Of a stretch of 64,000 nt of DNA, positions 60,933 to 64,000 are shown piece after piece (the first letter of the stretch is position 1; every line of letters starts with the position of its first letter). The stretch covers positions 1,088,001 to 1,152,000 of the forward strand of contig CAVXRD010000002.1 in NCBI GenBank assembly GCA_963764165.1, written 5' to 3'. Origin of the DNA: an uncultured Verrucomicrobiae bacterium. Its GTDB lineage: Bacteria > Verrucomicrobiota > Verrucomicrobiia > Limisphaerales > Palsa-1400. The position numbers and the translations under genes are program-made. A model generated the notes under the pieces. The model was not told where the DNA came from, searched no databases, and saw only the letters and a list, made by a program, of their open reading frames with translations.

Positions 60933-63900
60933 TCACGGCGCCGTGAGGCGGAAGAATTGGTCGGCGTTCGTTGGCGCGATAGTCAAATAAAATGTCCCGT
61001 TGGTCTGCGCGGGCGTCGCGGTCACCGGCACCCACGCCACAGGCGGAGCGAGATTGGTGGCGGTGAAGAGTTGGAAGCCGGGCGAAGGCGCAGGCCACGA
61101 AATGACCAGAGAATTTGCGGAAGCGCTCCGTATTCCCAGCACTGGCGTGTTGGTTGCCGTGCCGTCGATGGTGGCAGTGAAACTGAAATTATCGATCGCC
61201 AGCCCTTGGGCCTTTCCGGTGGCGTCGGCCATTTCCCACACGAGCCACAACGCCGCGCCGTTCGTCCAAGGAGCAATGGCCAGGTCGGTGGCGGAAATGC
61301 TCTGCTGGTTGGCGGCGGCTGTTCCGTCGACGGCGACACCGCCCGAATCTCCAGCCACCGTTGGGATGGACACATTGAGCGCGGGAAGGAATTCAGTCGC
61401 GGCGGTCGACATGGCGGCGGTTGCGGTGGGATCGATATAATAATAGCATTCCAGCGTCTTCGGGATGTTCGATTGCCGCCAAACTTCCCCTGTCAACTGA
61501 ACATTCAAATAATGGAGCGTGCTGCCTGTGTTGTTGATGAATTTCGCCCCGAAGGCGGTGTATCCTGTCGTGCTGGTGGCGAGCAATCCAAGGGCTCGAT
61601 TGGAACTGCTGGGCAGGCCGAAGCTGATCTGGCCGCCCGTCGTCTGGTCGCCATCGGTCGCGCCGAATCTTGTGCCAACACTCGCCGCAGGATTGGCCAA
61701 ACCATACCAACCGGACAGTGCGTTAATTCCCAATCCTCCGTCATTGCCGTTGGGCGAGGAGGGAAACGCGAAATCAAACGGATTGGGCAGCGAATACGTC
61801 ACGCCATCGATGGTAACCGGGTTGGCCGAATTGACGGACGCCGCCCCGGGATCCGGCAGCGAATCGAAGTTTTGCATGTAAATCGCGCCCGGAGAATCGT
61901 AGGCGATGAACGAAGCGGGCGGCGTGCCGCTGTCGGAGTTTGATGCGCCGGGCGTCGGCGAATAAAAAGGCGCGCGCACAAAACTTTGCCCATCCGGCAG
62001 CGAACCGTAAGACCAGTTCGGCTGCAAATTGGTGTAGTCAATGTAATCGAGGACTTGCATTTGTCCGCTGAACATCCGGCTCAGCGCAACGGAGCCATTG
62101 CTGGCGGCGAGAGTGAAATTCGCGTGCAATTCATTGGCGGTGGAAAGATTCGTTAGCCCGTCCGCGAAGATGACAAGAAACTTGCCGGCGCCAATGGATG
62201 CGCCGGAGGGAATTGGCCACGCTGCCAAATTGGTGTACGCATCGGTCAAATATAAATTCGTGAGGGCAACCGTGTTGGTGCCCGGATTATAAAGCTCCAC
62301 CCAAGGCGCATGCTGGCCTGCGCTGTTGGTGATGCCGGTCAGGTTGACTGGCTCAACCTCATTGATCCACAGCGGGGCAAAGGGTGGCAGCGCGGCGGCG
62401 TCGCTGTTCGCAGCATAAGGCGTTGCCAGCGCGGTAGCAGGCAGCCCCGTCGGCGCGGGATTGGCCGTGTCAACAATTCCCGATCCCGACAGCCTGACCG
62501 TCAGCGGCCCGCCGTTGGTGCTCTGATAATACCAATAGCTGATCGTATAGGTGGCGTTGGGTGTGAGAGTCGGACTGAGAAATTGATAAATGGAACTGCC
62601 CTCGGTTGTGCCGGCGGCGGTTGAAACAAGGTGCAGGCTCGCGTTCCCGGAATGGGAGAAATTCGTGCTGATCGTCGAACCGCTCAAGTTCGGCGACACG
62701 TTCCACGAGCCGGAAAGCGCCGATTCAAATCCGCCGTCCGCCACCAAATTCGCGCCCTGCCCAGCCACGGTTCCGGCCACCAGAGATATATCGTCAATGT
62801 AAACATCCCCGGCCGATTGAAGATAAATGTAGAGCGTGGACGAACTGGCGGTGCCCGTCGCGGTCGCCTGAACCCATTGCGGCGCTTGTGTCACGGCGGC
62901 TGGACGTCCGGTCGACCAATTCCCCGCCCGCCAGTTATCCTGGCGCGGATCGATCAATTGCAGCGAAACGCCTGGCGTGCTGGCGTTCGACGGCCAGGGC
63001 AGGACGCTGTCATATTTCACCTGCGTGACAACCTGGTTGGAGCCGCCGGCCGGCTGTTCCAACCGAAGCCATTGGCCGGGGGCAAGGTTGCCGCTGAAAG
63101 TGTCAAATACAAAATTCGTGGCCCCGTAAGCGCCCGCGAACGCCTGGGCGTTGGCCGCCAGCACCAGGAAACCGTTTGGCGCGATCGTCGCCCCGGCGCG
63201 GAATGTGTAGCCCAAACCCTCCAATTGCCAGCCGGACATATCAAACGTCGTAGTGGCTGAATTATTGACCAGTTCCACGTACTGCGCGTTGCTGACCGCC
63301 GGATTCCACATGATTTCGTTGATGGCGATCTGGCCGACGGGTGACGGCAGGGCAGTATTATAATTGACGGAAACTTGCCCGCCCGCCCCGGCAATGGGCT
63401 GGCCGGAGCGGTCGACACCGGTGATGATCAATTGGTTTGCGCCGTTGGTCAACGGCACCGCCACCGTCCATCCGGCCAGGCTGGTCCAGGTGATCGGATA
63501 GGCCACTCCGTTGATCCAGACCGTGTCGACATTCACCGGCGCCTGCCCGCTGACGTAAGCGACATTGTTGCTGACAGCCACATTCGTATTGACAGAAAAA
63601 TCGGCGGCATTGACAGCGAACAGCTGCGATCCAATGCTGGCCGCCGCCTGCGACAGCCACGGCTCGATGTTTTGCGCCGGATCCTCAGGGTTGAGCCCGT
63701 TGTCAACAAAAGCATTGTACTTCGCGGTCAAAAGAGGGGCGCTGACGGCGGGATTGAGCGGGCCGCTCACCAGCTCGCCAAGGGCGCGCCAGTACATGCG
63801 CAGAAACTTGGGATCATTGTAAATATTCTGGAGGTTGGAATCCGCTCCATTGATCGTAAACAAATTTTGCCCGGGCGCCCAGGAGCCATTGCCAATGACG

Positions 63901-64000
63901 ATGTTGTAATCCCACATGAACAACGAATACTTCGTTCCCTGCGTCCCGATATAGCCATAAAGGTTCTGGGAATTCTGCGCGCCGAAGGAATCCCAGTTCC
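60933..64000 (-). CDS. Large secreted CotH-kinase and lamin-tail-domain protein (5' end outside the window)
   Basis: GNWDSF..N..N.Y...WD CotH motif; two INE(I/V)...ELyN LTD domains; CBM-like segment; C-terminus ...QFFRLTAP. Confidence 0.85.
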   Translation of the reverse strand, partial: NWDSFGAQNSQNLYGYIGTQGTKYSLFMWDYNIVIGNGSWAPGQNLFTINGADSNLQNIYNDPKFLRMYWRALGELVSGPLNPAVSAPLLTAKYNAFVDNGLNPEDPAQNIEPWLSQAAASIGSQLFAVNAADFSVNTNVAVSNNVAYVSGQAPVNVDTVWINGVAYPITWTSLAGWTVAVPLTNGANQLIITGVDRSGQPIAGAGGQVSVNYNTALPSPVGQIAINEIMWNPAVSNAQYVELVNNSATTTFDMSGWQLEGLGYTFRAGATIAPNGFLVLAANAQAFAGAYGATNFVFDTFSGNLAPGQWLRLEQPAGGSNQVVTQVKYDSVLPWPSNASTPGVSLQLIDPRQDNWRAGNWSTGRPAAVTQAPQWVQATATGTASSSTLYIYLQSAGDVYIDDISLVAGTVAGQGANLVADGGFESALSGSWNVSPNLSGSTISTNFSHSGNASLHLVSTAAGTTEGSSIYQFLSPTLTPNATYTISYWYYQSTNGGPLTVRLSGSGIVDTANPAPTGLPATALATPYAANSDAAALPPFAPLWINEVEPVNLTGITNSAGQHAPWVELYNPGTNTVALTNLYLTDAYTNLAAWPIPSGASIGAGKFLVIFADGLTNLSTANELHANFTLAASNGSVALSRMFSGQMQVLDYIDYTNLQPNWSYGSLPDGQSFVRAPFYSPTPGASNSDSGTPPASFIAYDSPGAIYMQNFDSLPDPGAASVNSANPVTIDGVTYSLPNPFDFAFPSSPNGNDGGLGINALSGWYGLANPAASVGTRFGATDGDQTTGGQISFGLPSSSNRALGLLATSTTGYTAFGAKFINNTGSTLHYLNVQLTGEVWRQSNIPKTLECYYYIDPTATAAMSTAATEFLPALNVSIPTVAGDSGGVAVDGTAAANQQSISATDLAIAPWTNGAALWLVWEMADATGKAQGLAIDNFSFTATIDGTATNTPVLGIRSASANSLVISWPAPSPGFQLFTATNLAPPVAWVPVTATPAQTNGTFYLTIAPTNADQFFRLTAP

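Overview
Bacterial chromosomal window with moderately high GC. It is most consistent with Verrucomicrobiota (Pedosphaerales/subdivision-3-like), inferred from a VPEP...LLPFG PEP-CTERM variant, BspA-type LRR proteins, an ECF sigma with a long C-terminal extension, a prepilin/H-X9-DG-type gene, RNase HIII and lamin-tail/CotH proteins. Core content: rnhC, thiC with a TPP riboswitch, tRNA-Tyr(GTA), mtnA, hpnA, prmA, a peroxiredoxin, an 8-gene suf operon (sufBCD-sufU-sufT-sufS-rhodanese-like-iscU-like), an AhbAB-like fusion and rhaB. Accessory content is richer. (1) A 38.8-47.0 kb accretion zone has no recombinase gene but is structured by non-coding elements: three same-orientation copies of a phased GCAACA-repeat element; two copies of a ~330-bp element carrying back-to-back sigma70 promoters, a boxA-like motif and a leaderless start; and a 60-bp inverted-repeat pair bracketing a secreted protein with five nearly identical 132-bp propeller-blade repeats. 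A PIN toxin-antitoxin pair and a DUF2959-like pseudogene lie between these elements. (2) Five unrelated secreted proteins end in a shared ~70-aa C-terminal domain that looks like a sorting/secretion signal. (3) A 380-bp mosaic relic at 14.1-14.5 kb is stitched from diverged pieces of two neighbouring genes. (4) There are many REP-like palindrome families, several pseudogene fragments and one small ORF below the ORF-track cutoff. No CRISPR array, rRNA, integrase or transposase gene was seen. All calls are by eye; no database searches were run.
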